From contig NC_043005.1 in NCBI RefSeq assembly GCF_006345805.1, positions 42,284,001-42,348,000 on the forward strand: a DNA stretch of 64,000 bases, written 5' to 3'. The stretch comes from Octopus sinensis (taxonomy: Eukaryota). Made by a program: the position numbers and the translations under genes. Positions 13,147 through 26,474 of this stretch are shown piece by piece. Under the pieces are notes generated by a model. It was not told where the DNA came from and made no database searches. It saw nothing but the letters and a program-made list of their open reading frames with translations. Position 1 is the first letter of the stretch, and the number at the start of each line of letters is the position of its first letter.

Positions 13147-14000
13147 ACATAAAAGATTTGGGAAATATTCTACTATAAGTTTTAAAGACTACAAAAAATT
13201 TAACTTAAAACGTAAAAAACTTAACTCATTTTCATTTTATTTTGATGTTAGTTTTTCACTGTGTTGATCTTGTCTTCGTAATTATCGTCATCTTCATCAC
13301 TTTTACTTTCCTGTTGCATGCAAATCAATGTTTGGTTCGTCTCTGGTTTATGATATGACGCAATTAGTTCACTTACATTGTCAACTTTATAAGTTAAGCA
13401 GCTTACTGTGTGAAAGTTGCAAAAGTAACCTGTAAACTGCAAAACGTCGATATTAAATGCGAGCGTAACTTTCTATAGAAATCTTGCAATGGCCTTTCTG
13501 TAATTCCTTACCAAGAAACCCCAATATCATTGACAGCATTCCAGAAGTATCTTTTCCAGAACTCTTTTACCTTGCGAAAAATATCCTGTAACAAATTACC
13601 TAAAACACGCTATGATAAAATATTCCTGGTACAGCATTCTTCAACGTTAATTACAAAAGTAACATTAGCTAATATGAGACATAACTGCCCGTAAGCCAAG
13701 CTTTTATTTTTCGGTTCCAAAAGACTAGTGTTATTCCTTCATAATTTCCTTTGAAAGCTAAAAGATTTTTAAAATGTGAGTGAAGTATAACATTTAGTCT
13801 AAAGTTACCCGCTGCATTGCCATCAACAAGTATTATTAATCTGTCCTCATATGCGCTATATCCAGGTGCAATTATATTTAAAATCATAAATAGGTTGTTT
13901 CGGGAATTTTCATCCAAAATCGCGCTCCCGCATTAACATTTATAAAATCTGCTGTACTAAATAAACCCCTACGCCAGCAATATATATATGTATAAATGTA

Positions 14001-14048
<48 letters not shown>

Positions 14049-14055
14049 TATACAT

Positions 14056-14093
<38 letters not shown>

Positions 14094-15029
14094 TATATAT
14101 ATATATATATTATATATATATATATATAATATATATATATACACATATATATGTAGAGAGAAAGAGAGAGAGAAAGAAAGAAACAGAGACAGACAGACAA
14201 ACAGACAGACGGTTTGGCACAGAAAGAAAGAGAGGAGTCAACACCGTATATACTATTACTCGAGCATTTTATGATATCGTTCCTCTTCATAAGTCAACAC
14301 CATTTCAATAAAATATATAGGAATATTCGAATGTTTACGGTACGAAAATTGAATGGAGGGTTAGCAATTCAAAGGACCCGAACGTATGGACGATGCTCTG
14401 TGCACCGTATGTAAGCTACTGTTCTTATTTAGCTTCAAGTCAGATCTATTAAGTTTAATTTAGTGATCGAACACTGAACCACATTGTTCACAGCATGTTG
14501 TATTTCAAGACAGCCAGGTGTGATTTAAGAGAGGATCTGGCTGTTATTTTTAACAGGTTGAGCACAAGGATTCTGTCGCTAGTTCAGTATATATCTTGTG
14601 TGGTCGGAGAAGAAATCAAGGTTGATGCGCTCCTTAAGGAGTAAAACTACCGATGGTTCTGCATGAATGCTTTCGTATGTATGAGAGTCTGCTTGAACAT
14701 GCATTTGTGTGCACGTGTGCACGTGAGCACGTGTGCACGTGAGCACGTGTGCATGTGTTTAGTATTTTTTTTTGTCTCTTTCATCCAAATTTAGGATGAT
14801 ACATCCACAAGGTTTCACTTAATAAATACTTGCAGTTAACTTCTTATTCTGCTTAACATGTGTACTGATATTGATAGATTTTGTTGACGTATGTATAAAC
14901 ATATCCATCCATATTATACTGTCATGTAGACATGCATGGAGATGGGCATACACGCAAACACAAGCACAAACACACACACACACATACACACACACACACA
15001 CACACAGATATATACATACATAAATATAT

Positions 15030-15480
15030 AAATACATACATACATACATATACATATATATAAATACATGCGTACATACATATACATATATATAAATACA
15101 TGCACACATACATATACATATACATATATATAGATACATGCGTACATACATATACATATATATAAATACATGCATACATACATATACATATACATATATA
15201 TAGATACATGCATACATACATACATATACATATATATAAATACATGCGTACATACATATACATATATAAATACATGCATACATACATATACATATATATA
15301 TAGATACATGCATACATACATATACATATATATAGATACATGCACACATACATATACATATATATAAATACATGCATACATACATATACATATATATAAA
15401 TACATGCATACATATATATATATATACATATATATAAATACATAGATATGCATATACATATATATAAATACATGCATACA
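15030..15480. repeat. Microsatellite-derived minisatellite (~30-36 bp unit)
   Basis: Repeated CATACATATACATATATATA(A/G)ATACATGC with variants, more than 10 copies. Confidence 0.85.
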
Positions 15481-16800
15481 TACATATATATAATTATATA
15501 TATATTATATATATATAATAATATATATATATATATATATATACATATATGTATGTATGTATGTATGAAGATAGGTAGGTCGGTAAGTTGGTAGCTAGGT
15601 AGACATACCGATGGCATAGACATACATACTGAAATGCATACTACCAATATATGTATGTCAGAAGTAAGCCGTGTGCGTGTAAGAAGGAAGATAAACAATA
15701 ATAACAACAACTAAAACAACAGAAACAACATCAAAAAAATAAAAGAATGTAATGTGAAAAAAAGAATTTTCTTGAAACAAGATTGCTTTCTTCGTGCAGA
15801 CATTATTAATAACAAATGATATTAATAACAACAACAATAATAATAATAATAATAATAATAACAACAACAATACTTCACTCCCATCGACCCCCCCCCACCC
15901 CCTAATCACCATTATCATCATTATCACGATCAGTAATACTATAGCTGATTACACTACTACCACTACTACTACCACTACCACCGGCCCGCCGCCACCAACA
16001 ACAGCAACAACAGCCAGAAGGAAAAAAAGGGGGAAAACAAAAAAAAAACAAAAAAAAAAGAAAGAAAAGAAAAGAAAGAAAGAAAGTACAAGAGAGAGAC
16101 TTTTAGCTAGTTTCAGGGTCAAATGGGTTGATTCATCTGTCAGAAATGAAAGAAAAGCATGTAATTTAATACAAGTAAAAAAAAAAAAAACCAAAAAAAA
16201 AAAAAATCTCCCCCCAAAAAAATAAACGGAAAATAAAAGTTCCCCCACCCCCCCCCCCACCTCTACCGTTCATCACCCCCCCCCCCCCCTTCCTCCATCT
16301 CCAACGTTGGTACATTTAGCATAAAGAGATGCACGCACGATAACGATGGTAGGAGCAAAGGAAGGCGGTAGGCGGGAGGTAGCGGCGGCGGTGATGGAGA
16401 ATCCAGTGTGATTGAGTCGAGTCGGTCGGTGAATATATAAAGTGATATCATAAATTCTAATATGAGCCTGACTGGCTGGCTTGCTGGGCTGGCTGGTTGG
16501 TTGGCTTGTGCTGGCTTGTTCTAAGGCAGTCACATATGTAACCGAAACAGACCTGTTGCTCACATGTCTTCCTTCATTTTTTTGATTTTGTTTCTTATTT
16601 CCATTTCTTTTTTTTTTTTTTTTTCGTATGTTTTATTTTTACTTGTTTGGTTTGAATTTGTTTTGTTTTGTTTTCTTTTTTTTAATCTTTTTTCTTATGC
16701 TTTGTGTGCATTCATAAATACATAAGGACATACATATGTATATGCTAGTATTAAATTGCCTATACAAGCATTTATATATATAGTTATATATATATATATA

Positions 16801-17056
<256 letters not shown>

Positions 17057-17299
17057 ATACATATATTATATATATATATACATATATATATATATACATA
17101 TATACATATATTATAATATATAGTACATATCTATATATATATACATATATATATATATATACATACGTATATATATATATTAAAATATGTATACAGAATA
17201 TACATATACATATGCATACATGTGTATATATACAGGCATGTATACACACCAGACACACACAATTGGACGCATTGACAAACACACCCCTTTATGTATGTA

Positions 17300-17488
17300 T
17301 TTTACTATATATATATATATATATATATTATACATATATATATATATATTGTGAAACGTGTGCACACACAGAGTTATGTATGTATTTTACTATATATAAT
17401 ATATTAATATATATATATATATATATAATATATACATATATATATATATATTGTGAAACGTGTGCACACACAGAGTTTGTATGTATTT

Positions 17489-17570
<82 letters not shown>

Positions 17571-17625
17571 TATATATATATAATACATATATATATATAT
17601 ATATATTGTGAAACGTGTGCATACA
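17300..17625. repeat. Short tandem repeat with TA-variable spacers
   Basis: ATTGTGAAACGTGTGCA.ACAC occurs three times (about 17348, 17450, 17605) and GTATGTATTTTACTAT also recurs. Confidence 0.8.
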
Positions 17626-18146
17626 CACACACACGTTCCGACACATTAACAGCATACAACGAATGCTTAATAGAGACAATCAAAATAAGAATATAACAAC
17701 AACCACAACAAATTGTAATTTTTTTTTTTTTTAAAGAACAAAACTTTTTATTTTTTACTTAAACAATGATGTTCTTCAGATTTGTAATATAACTTGGTGA
17801 AGGTAAAAAAATGTATACACGGTTGAAAGACTGTTTACAGTTTAAGATCAGAGGTCGAAAGAAGTTACTTTTCACCTTCAGATTTCATGGTATACAGGAA
17901 ATTTGTGGAAAAAGTGTATCGATGCTTCGATTCTTTTCTTTTTTTTCTTTTAATTAATTATTTTCTTTTTATGTGTTCCAGTTTAGATATTATAAACTAA
18001 AGTATGTTAGTTAAACACCATAGTGCATGTTGTAAAAGAATGACTGGTATCAATCCAGTGATTTATTCACGCAAACTTCATGTTTAAGTGTATGATGCTA
18101 TCTGATAGGATACTCGATATAGGAAGCCAAGATAAATAAATAGAAA

Positions 18147-19095
18147 TAAATAAATGCGCCCTTTTTAAAGCCTAGTGTTCCCCAGCTGGACGGGACGCCA
18201 GTCCATCGCAACGTAACTCATTTTTGCCAGCTGAGTGGACTGGAGCAACGTGAAATGAAGTGTTTTGCTCAAGAATACAACGCGTCGCCCGGTCCAGGAA
18301 TCGAAACTATAATCTTACGATCATGATGCTGACACCCTAGCCACTAAGCTACGCGCCTCCACCTAGTAATAAATGCGCCCTTTTAAAGCCTAGCCAGCCT
18401 CATTGGACCGGTTTCCCGGTTTCTGTGGCGTATGTGTTCCCCAGCTGGGCGGGAAGCCAGCCCATCGCAGCGTTGCTCATTTTTGCCAGCTGAATGGACT
18501 GGAGCAACGTGAAATGAAGTGTTTTGCTCAAGAATACAACGCGCCGCCCGGTCCAGGAATCGAAACCATAATCTTACGATCATTATGCTGACAGCCTAGC
18601 CACCAAGCTACGCGCCTCCACCTAATAATAAATGCGCCCTTTTAAAGCCTAGCCAGCCTCATGGGACCGGTTTCCCGGTTTCTGTGGCGTATGTGTTCCC
18701 CAGCTGGGCGGGAAGCCAGCCCATCGCAGCGTTGCTCATTTTTGCCAGCTGAATGGACTGGAGCACGTGAAATAAGTGTGTTTGCTCAAGATACAACGCG
18801 CCGCCCGGTCCAGGAATCGAAACCATAATCTTACGATCATTATGCTGACAGCCTAGCCACCAAGCTACGCGCCTCCACCTAATAATAAATGCGCCCTTTT
18901 AAAGCCTAGCCAGCCTCATGGGACCGGTTTCCCGGTTTCTGTGGCGTATGTGTTCCCCAGCTGGGCGGGAAGCCAGTCCATCGCAGCGTTGCTCATTTTT
19001 GCCAGCTGAGTGGACTGGAGCAACGGTCCAGGAATAGAAACTACAATCTTACAATCATGATGCTGACACCCTAACCACTAAGCCACGCGCTCCAC
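18147..19095 (-). mobile_element. Head-to-tail tetramer of a CORE-type tRNA SINE
   Basis: Units start (plus-strand TAAATGCGCC) at 18151, 18370, 18629 and 18886; each has a tRNA head and CORE-like segment on the minus strand. Confidence 0.9.
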
Positions 19096-19142
19096 AGGAA
19101 GCCTATTTAAATTAATTAAAATTACATCTTCAATAACTCTTA

Positions 19143-19597
19143 AGTTTTCCGATGTGCTAACGATTCGGGCAGCTCGTCGCCTTAAGTAATAACCTTTACT
19201 AATCTTTTCTGCTATATAGTCACTAGGCCTGAAATTTTGTGGCGAAGGGTATCACGAGGAGATGAAACGCGAATGCGACCTCGGTGGAATTTTAAAACTT
19301 AAAACGTAAAGACAGACGAAACGCTGCTAAATATCTTGTTCTGTGTGCGAACGATTCTGTGAGCTCACCGCCTTACACACCCATTATAGCGGTTTCAAAT
19401 TTTGGCACGAATCCAACAATTTTGGGGAGATGGGTTAATCGATTTCATCGACTGTTAGTATTCGACTGGTACTTATCTTATCCTTGAAAGATGAAAGGCA
19501 AAATCGACCTCGAGAGCGTTTGAATTCAGAACACAAAGAAAGATGAACTGCCGCTGAGAATTTTGCCCGCCGTCGGCCAGCTGGCCGCGTTAAGTAT
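19143..19597 (-). mobile_element. Three adjacent degraded SINE family B copies or fragments
   Basis: Repeated CTAACGATTC..CAGCTC..CGCCTTA head (reverse strand) and GATGAAA..CGACCTCG body. Confidence 0.65.
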
Positions 19598-19828
19598 TTT
19601 GGTAATAATGTTAATCCCTGTATGTGTGAACACATTCTATACTTTTGTAAGGTAGGGGACGTGAAATTTTGAGATATTCAAGAATATTTTTTAGAGATAT
19701 TAGCAATGGTATTAAAGGTAAAATTACTTCTATCGCAATGACGTCGACGAATTCTACTTGCTGGATCCTCAAAATACAGAGTTCTGATCAGGATAATTTC
19801 AATATATCCTACTCATATATATATATAT

Positions 19829-20103
19829 AAGTTCGGCAAAATTTAGATTCAAATGAATATGGTACTTAAGTTAGATGCACCAGAATTTTGTATGGTGTTA
19901 TCCATATAAATCCATGGGGTGATTATAATCAAAATAAGCAACAAGAATATCTTCGGTAATTTGGTACGATCGTTTCACACTACATCATTTTATTAAACAT
20001 TGTAAACATTTAAAACTGCTGTAATACTTACAATGTTTAATAAAATGATGTAGCGTGAAACGATCGTACCAAATTACCGAAGATATTCTTGTTGCTTATT
20101 TTG

Positions 20104-20109
<6 letters not shown>
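19829..20109 (-). mobile_element. Fold-back family P element (82-bp arms, 1 mismatch, 22-nt spacer, ~95-bp tail) in (TA)n
   Basis: 19924-20005 is the reverse complement of 20028-20109; the tail at 19829-19923 matches 28288-28385 and 44195-44283. Confidence 0.85.
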
Positions 20110-20144
<35 letters not shown>

Positions 20145-20148
<4 letters not shown>

Positions 20149-20430
20149 GGTAGTATCGCACGATCGACCTATTCAATCGGATGTTGTTATACATTGCTGG
20201 TCACAATGTACTTTGCATCGTTTGATCTTTCGAACGATGCTGCCCCGCTGGTTAAGTGAGCAACCAATATTCCTCCTCATCGGAATGGTATTCCGTCTCA
20301 TTTACATTTGATTGGACCGGACAAACGTGAACTGAAGAGTTCGATCAGCAACACAATGCGTCGTTCGTCTGGTCTGGAAATCGAACCCACGATCTAGCGA
20401 TCCTGAGTGCAGTACTAGGCCACACGCTTT
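20145..20430 (-). mobile_element. Degraded CORE-type tRNA SINE
   Basis: Minus-strand head (GGGTTCGATTTCC B box) at 20380-20430; tail matches 9160-9243. Confidence 0.65.
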
Positions 20431-21855
20431 CACACACACATGTATCTGCAAACATCTGGTCAAGCTGCTCCCATCTTTCCACTGTCTTTAAGCCTATTGA
20501 CCTAATATCACTAGCATGCTTCTCTTACATAGTTGAACTGATCAGAAATGGGTTGAATACAATTATCAATGACCAACCAGTGCAATAGCTTACATTCAAT
20601 ACATGATAGCGTCAGTAGATAGCATCGCTTCATTTTGATTCAGTGTTCCACAGCTGTTGTTTAACTGCAGATCAGCCGTCATGAAGTAAATTTATCAAAA
20701 ACATTCTATCTTATATCTAAGATTACTCCGAATTGTATTCTGTCACTTGAGAACTTCTTTATTCTGCATATTCTTATGTCGGTAAGGTTATTTGGTGGAA
20801 ATTCTCCTGCTATTTTTATTATGTAGGTCGACCACGTAGCTACTCTCAAGTGATTCGTAGATATTGCCTCGCGAGCTCAGCTATTTCACAGCCAAACAAA
20901 AGCATAACATTCTGCAAGGCATTCAACTTCCTTGTAGTTATTCTTCAACACCGATAAAAGGTGCGTGGGTGTGTGTTCGTGCATGTTTGTGCATGTGTGT
21001 GTGTGTATGTAAACCAATAATATGCATTCGTTATTCCAGTTATTGTTTTTTGTTTTAAACTTTTTTTTTCTAATGTCAAAGTGTGTGAAGTAATGGTAGT
21101 ATTCATCACCTCATTCGGCTCTTCTGAGACTGGAGGAACGAAGGCAGGAAGAACTCTTTAAACAGAGTCCGAATAGTTGAGAAAGAGTAGGCTCCGATAA
21201 ACTCTCCTGGGGGGGGGGTTAAAATCTTGGTGTTAAACCGGGAACAGATAAGGTCTAAACTACACACGAAACACAAATTTATGCTTGATTCTGACTCACT
21301 AACATATTTTTTGTGTTGTGTGACTAATAAAAGTATACTTTGTTTCTGAACCATCTCGACGACACTGCTTGTGCCGTAATTACCATCTGTCGACTAAATA
21401 TAATCCATCGGCCATTTATATGCAAGAGTCGGTTTGAATATTTGTTAGTTAAATTATCATGGTTCGCTTAACGATAAAAACACAAGAGCACTGACTGTAA
21501 ACATCAATGTTATATTAAGATGTGTGAAGTTAGGCATGCAAATAACTTTCATTGGCTTCCGTCAAAAGTTATTGATGAAAAAGTATTAATCAACAGTCTT
21601 TTTACGTAGTGTTTTATGGAGTGTTAATATTGTTGTGAATATTATTGTTAGTGGCTGGGGGGAAATATATAGCATTGAATTAAACGCAATTCACAATCGA
21701 ACAGCTTCACTTCAGTTCTGGGTTCAAATCTCACCAAGCTTAAACTTCATATGGATCTAGTCAAGTACGGGTTTTTCATTTACTCGATTGTATGTTTCCG
21801 TAAACTGTGTAGCATTCTGTCCATGTTTGACATCAATATCATTCATAGAGTTCTT

Positions 21856-22075
21856 AAGGCGGCGAGCTGGCAGAAACGTTATTCGCCGAACAAAAGGCTT
21901 AGCGGCCCTTCTTCATTTGTCTTTTTCAATTTGAGTTCACATTCTGCCGAGGTCGTCTTTGCTTTTTATCCTTTCGGGGTCGATAAAATAATTACCAATT
22001 GAAATAATGAGGTCGATCTAATCTACTTATTTCCTTCCTCAAAATTGCTGGCCTTGTGCCTCCGATAGAAAATAT
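21856..22075 (+). mobile_element. SINE family B (tRNA-like head GGCGGCGAGCTGGCAGAA)
   Basis: A box TGGCAGAA, B box GAGTTCAC/AAATTC, body GCCGAGGTCG..TTTGC.TTT.ATCCTTTCGGGGTCGATAAA. Confidence 0.8.
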
Positions 22076-22289
22076 TATTAATCGAGTTGTTTGGAGAAAA
22101 TTGTAGGGGTCGTTGAATTGAATGCAATTACCGTATTTTCTCTTTTCCTTCAATTCAGTCTCAACTGAACCACACACCCCTCCATCCCACTTCTCCCCAT
22201 CAGTCCACATCGAATGATAAAGTAACTGGAATGATTCAGATAACTTTACTCTAAAATACTGGCTCTTTGTAACAATGCAAGATGGTAGA

Positions 22290-22612
22290 GGCAGCAAAAT
22301 CAGTAGTAGTAGTAGTAGTAGAGGTGGTGGTGGTGGTAGTACGAGGAGAAGGATGAATAGGGGAAGGAAGGAAGGACGGGAGAAGAAGAGGGAGAAGAAG
22401 AAGGGGAAAAAAGAAGAGGTGGAGGAAAAAGAGAAGGAAGAGGAAGGGGAGAAGAGAAGGAGAAGGAGGAGGAAGAAGCAGGACAGGAGAAGAAGAGAAG
22501 GAAGAAGAGAAGGAAGAGAAAAGGGAGAAGAAGAAGAGAAGGAAGAGGAAAGGGAGAAGAAGAAGAAGAAGAAGAAGAAGAGGAGGAGAAGGAGACGGAG
22601 GAGAGGGGAGCA
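22290..22612. repeat. Purine-rich low-complexity tract (GAA/GGA/AGT)
   Basis: Imperfect trinucleotide repeats; explains ORFs 21992-22654, 22275-22643 and 22300-22770. Confidence 0.9.
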
Positions 22613-24119
22613 GTTATGTACCAGGAGTCTAGTAAAACATTGATGTCTCCACATTTGGTATCAAATTTCGATCTGGTGCCAGATCGATGTTCAACCATAG
22701 TTTTAATTACTCTAGGACTGATAAAATAACGTACTTGTAAATGCACAAGTGTTGTTTCAGTTGACCTCATCCCAATCTTGAATTATTTTTCGTTGTCTCA
22801 CGTTAAAAATGAATCCATTACTCATATTGTAACGGAATATTATATCACTGGATTAAATGAAATTTCGTTATGGTTTGATCTTAAGGAAAGGGATGCGTTA
22901 GGACCTTAGAAAACCTTCCGTGACCAGTGATATCGACACAGCAAATATCCCATTTAAACAGCTGAATTCCTGATGGATTCATGAAAAATATAAGCAAGGA
23001 ATGGAACTTCAGGGTTTAATGTTCTGCGGGATAAGGAGTGAAGTAGAGTGGAGTAAATTTCTGGTTAGTTGAAATGGCTAGTATGAAACCCGGGGTGAGT
23101 GGGGTATGACGTTACAAAAATGGGTGACAGAGGAATGCCTATGTAGGGGTGAGGGTAGGATCCGAAGATCAAATGACACAGAAGTCGTGTAAAAAAAAAT
23201 GCAATGGTACAGTAGTTTTTAGTTTCTTCGTTTTGTAATTTTAATTTCAAAGAAAGCATCAGGATCGATTTTGCTTCTTCAAGATCGATAATGAAAACAC
23301 CGACAAAATACAAAAATCTAAACAGTTGATTATAGATCTTGTTTCCTTCTCTCAAATCCGTATGGAGTATGAGCCCATTATCAATAATGTAGCAAGGAAT
23401 CAGTCTAAACAGAATCAATCAGTTATTTGAATAAATAACAGTAATGTACTAGGTTGAATTATTTACTTGAGATTTGTACGAATTACGGTATTGACGAATC
23501 AAAAATTTATCTAGAAAGTATGGGCTTAGGAGAACTATTACAATTTGATATGATCTATTGAAATATCGACGACGTGCAAATAAGGGACCCTTTTCGTTGT
23601 TCTTCGACTTGCTACACATAACACTGGAATTTGTTTTATAATTTTTTTTTAAAAGGACACGCTAGTAATGTACTATAACGAACACTATGTCTCAAAGATA
23701 CGGATTGCACAACTATGGAACTGGCAGCTTCATCGGGACTGACCTGGACTAAACAATAAAAAATACCAAAATGTAAGAAACTGAGCATAACCTGAGAGGA
23801 AAGCTTTCAACGTCAGCTTAACTTTTTTGTTACAGGGGTCTCACTTATGTCATATAATAAGTTGAATACAACGTCAGCAGAGATTAATTAAGCAATCAGC
23901 AGGCAAAAAGCATTCTAATTTAACTGCTATAAATCTGAGATGAAGAAGCATAAGAGATAGCTGTAATAAATAAGATCAGCCGGTTGTAATTATTGGACAA
24001 TGTAGGTCATAAAAGGCAACAGATAATAACAACTTACATGTTTCGTTCTTATTAAACCTTCTCTGCGAAATATATACTACTCACTTAACAAGATTGTGGT
24101 TAATATGTTCAAGAATACA

Positions 24120-24310
24120 AGGGGTGAATTGACAGAAGCGTTAGCACACTAGAGAAAATACTTAGCGCCATTTCGTCCCGTCTTTAAGCTCTGAGTTCAA
24201 ATTTCGCCGACGTCGACTTTGCCTTTGCTCCTGCCTCTGTGGATAAATTAATTATTAGCTGAGCACTGGGGTCAAACTTGCAGGTCTTGTGTCACAATTT
24301 GAAATCAATA
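24120..24310 (+). mobile_element. Degraded SINE family B
   Basis: GACAGAAGCGTTAGCAC..CTGAGTTCAAATTTCGCCGACGTCGACTTTGCC. Confidence 0.7.
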
Positions 24311-24651
24311 TGTCTAGAAATAAAGGGAATGTAATTACATAGATTGTAAAGACCAGATCTTCTCTCCTCTTCATTGTCTGTACTGTGCAAAGCTTTCTCG
24401 ATCAGTTCGTCGTAAAGTTATTACCATAAGTTGATTTTAAGCATCCCTACAGAGACGTAGTATGACAATGGCTAAAGTAATCGCAGTTGATTGAACCGTT
24501 TCGGTTTAGTCTCTTACATACATGAGATGCTGTTACAAACATTTTTGTAGCGAACAGATGGTTCCACTGAGTTGTATTATTGATAGTCATAATCATTGAT
24601 ACTACATTCTTTCTCTCACTCTTAACATGTTTGTATATATATATATACATA

Positions 24652-25082
24652 TAGGCGTAGGACTGGCTGTGTGGTAAGTAGCTTGCTTACCAACCACATG
24701 GTTCCGCGTTCACTCCCACTGCCTGGCACCTTGGGCAAGTGTCTTCTTCTATAGCCTCGGGCCGACCAAAGCCTTGCGAGTGGATTTGGTAGACGGAAAC
24801 TGAAAGAAGCCCGTCGTATATATGTATATATGTGTGTGTGTGTGTGTGCGTGTTCATGTGTCTATGTTTGTCCCCCCCCCCCAACATCGCTTGAAAACCG
24901 ATGCTTGTGTGTTTACGTCCCCGTAACTTAGCGGTTCGGCGAAAGAGACCGATAGAGTAAGTACTAGGCTTACAAAGATTAAGTCCTGCGGTCGATTTGC
25001 TCGACTAAAGGCGTCGGTGCTCCAGCATGGCCACAGTCAAATGACTGAAACAAGTAAAAGATTAAAGAGAGTAAAGAGAGAG
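24652..25082 (+). mobile_element. SINE family A, full length
   Basis: TAGGCG..TGGCTGTGTGGTAAG (A box), GTTCACTCCC (B box), GCACCTTGGGCAAGTGTC (CORE-like), internal TA/TG microsatellite, tail ending in GAGTAAA repeats. Confidence 0.9.
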
Positions 25083-25189
25083 TATATATGTGTGGGTATG
25101 TGCGTGTGTGTGTGTATGTGTGTGTGTGAGAGAGAGCGTTTATTTGTACGTCAAGTCATATGTAAAATCAATTTAACAGTTTTCGGCGA

Positions 25190-25387
25190 GGTCTTATTGG
25201 CTTCAACTTTTAGCACAAGGCCAGCAAGTTTGGGGAGAGTAGGTAAGTCGATTACGTCGACCCCAGTATTTAACTGGTACTTATTTTATCGACTCCGAAA
25301 GGATGAAAGGCAAAGTCTAACTCGGTGGAAGTTATACTCTGAACGTAAAGACGGATGTGCTAACAATTCTGCCTGCTCGCTGCCCCT
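25190..25387 (-). mobile_element. SINE family B
   Basis: Reverse complement of family B body and short tail. Confidence 0.7.
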
Positions 25388-25506
25388 TCTGGATTCATAC
25401 CAATTAGTTTTTTATTAATCATATTAATTTATTTTTTAAGGAAACCAGACTGCATTATCTATATTTTTTAAGCGAACACCAGACTGCATTATCTATAATG
25501 TCAAAT

Positions 25507-25567
<61 letters not shown>

Positions 25568-25571
<4 letters not shown>

Positions 25572-25753
25572 CGGCGAGCTGGCAGAGACATTAGCACGCC
25601 CGGCGTGCTAACGTCTGGTACTTAATTTATCGACCCCAAAAGGATGAAAGGCAAAGTCGACCTCGGCAGAATTTGAACTCAGAACGTAGCGGCAGACGAA
25701 ATATCGCTAAGCCTTTCGCCCGGCGTGCTAACGTTTCTACCAGCTCGCTGCCT
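25568..25753. mobile_element. SINE family B with an inverted extra head (fold-back rearrangement)
   Basis: Plus-strand head, then TTAGCACGCC-CGGCGTGCTAA palindrome, then a near-complete minus-strand copy. Confidence 0.7.
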
Positions 25754-26042
25754 TATTATAAACAAATAAATACTAATAGAATAAATATATATAAAATGCA
25801 AACAATAAACGTATTAAAGCAAACAGTTAATAACAACTTAAGAAGAAAATGGTAAATGTTAACATGAAATCCAATGAAAAAGATGTGACAATGTTAGAAA
25901 CATTTTAAAAGTAACATTAAAGATTTGAAATGATAAATGTTTATTTCTTATTACAAATTATAAAACATTTAGTCAACAGTACATGATGAAAATACGAGGT
26001 AGCACGTTTGTGAATTGACAAAATGTTTAGTGTTGTATAGTG

Positions 26043-26240
26043 AAGGGTGCGTGGTTCAGTGGTTAGGCTATTAAGCTCACGATGGTAAGGTCATGAGTTC
26101 GATATCCTGAGGTGCCTTGTGTCTTTGAGCAACATATTTTATTTCACATTACTCCAGTCCTCTCAGCTGACATAAATGAGTAGCACTTGTAATTCAAAGG
26201 GCCAACCTTGTCACATTCCGGGTCACGCTGAATCTCCTTC
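26043..26240 (+). mobile_element. CORE-type tRNA SINE, degraded
   Basis: TGGTTCAGTGGTTAG A box, GAGTTCGATATCC B box, TGTGTCTTTGAGCAA..CTCAGCTG CORE-like segment. Confidence 0.75.
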
Positions 26241-26405
26241 AAAACCAACAGAAGAAAGAGTGAGAGAAAGTTGTGGCGAAAGAGTACAGCCGAAGCCTCG
26301 TGGAGCTTTAGGTTTTTTCGCTCCATAAACACTCACAATGCCCGGTCTGGGAATCGAAACCACGATCCTACGACCGCGAGTCGGCTACCCTAACTACTGG
26401 GTCAT
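26241..26405 (-). mobile_element. tRNA SINE of the 8963 type, 5' part
   Basis: Reverse complement of 8963-9130 with an internal deletion. Confidence 0.75.
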
Positions 26406-26423
26406 ATGTATGTATGTATATAT

Positions 26424-26474
<51 letters not shown>

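Noticed and set aside
18147-19095. Regular arrays (here and at 30669-31510) as CRISPR-like
   Set aside because: Units are long and wholly repeated, with no unique spacers or cas genes; eukaryotic context
21992-22770. K/E/R-rich and L/F/S-rich ORFs
   Set aside because: GAA/GGA low-complexity tract
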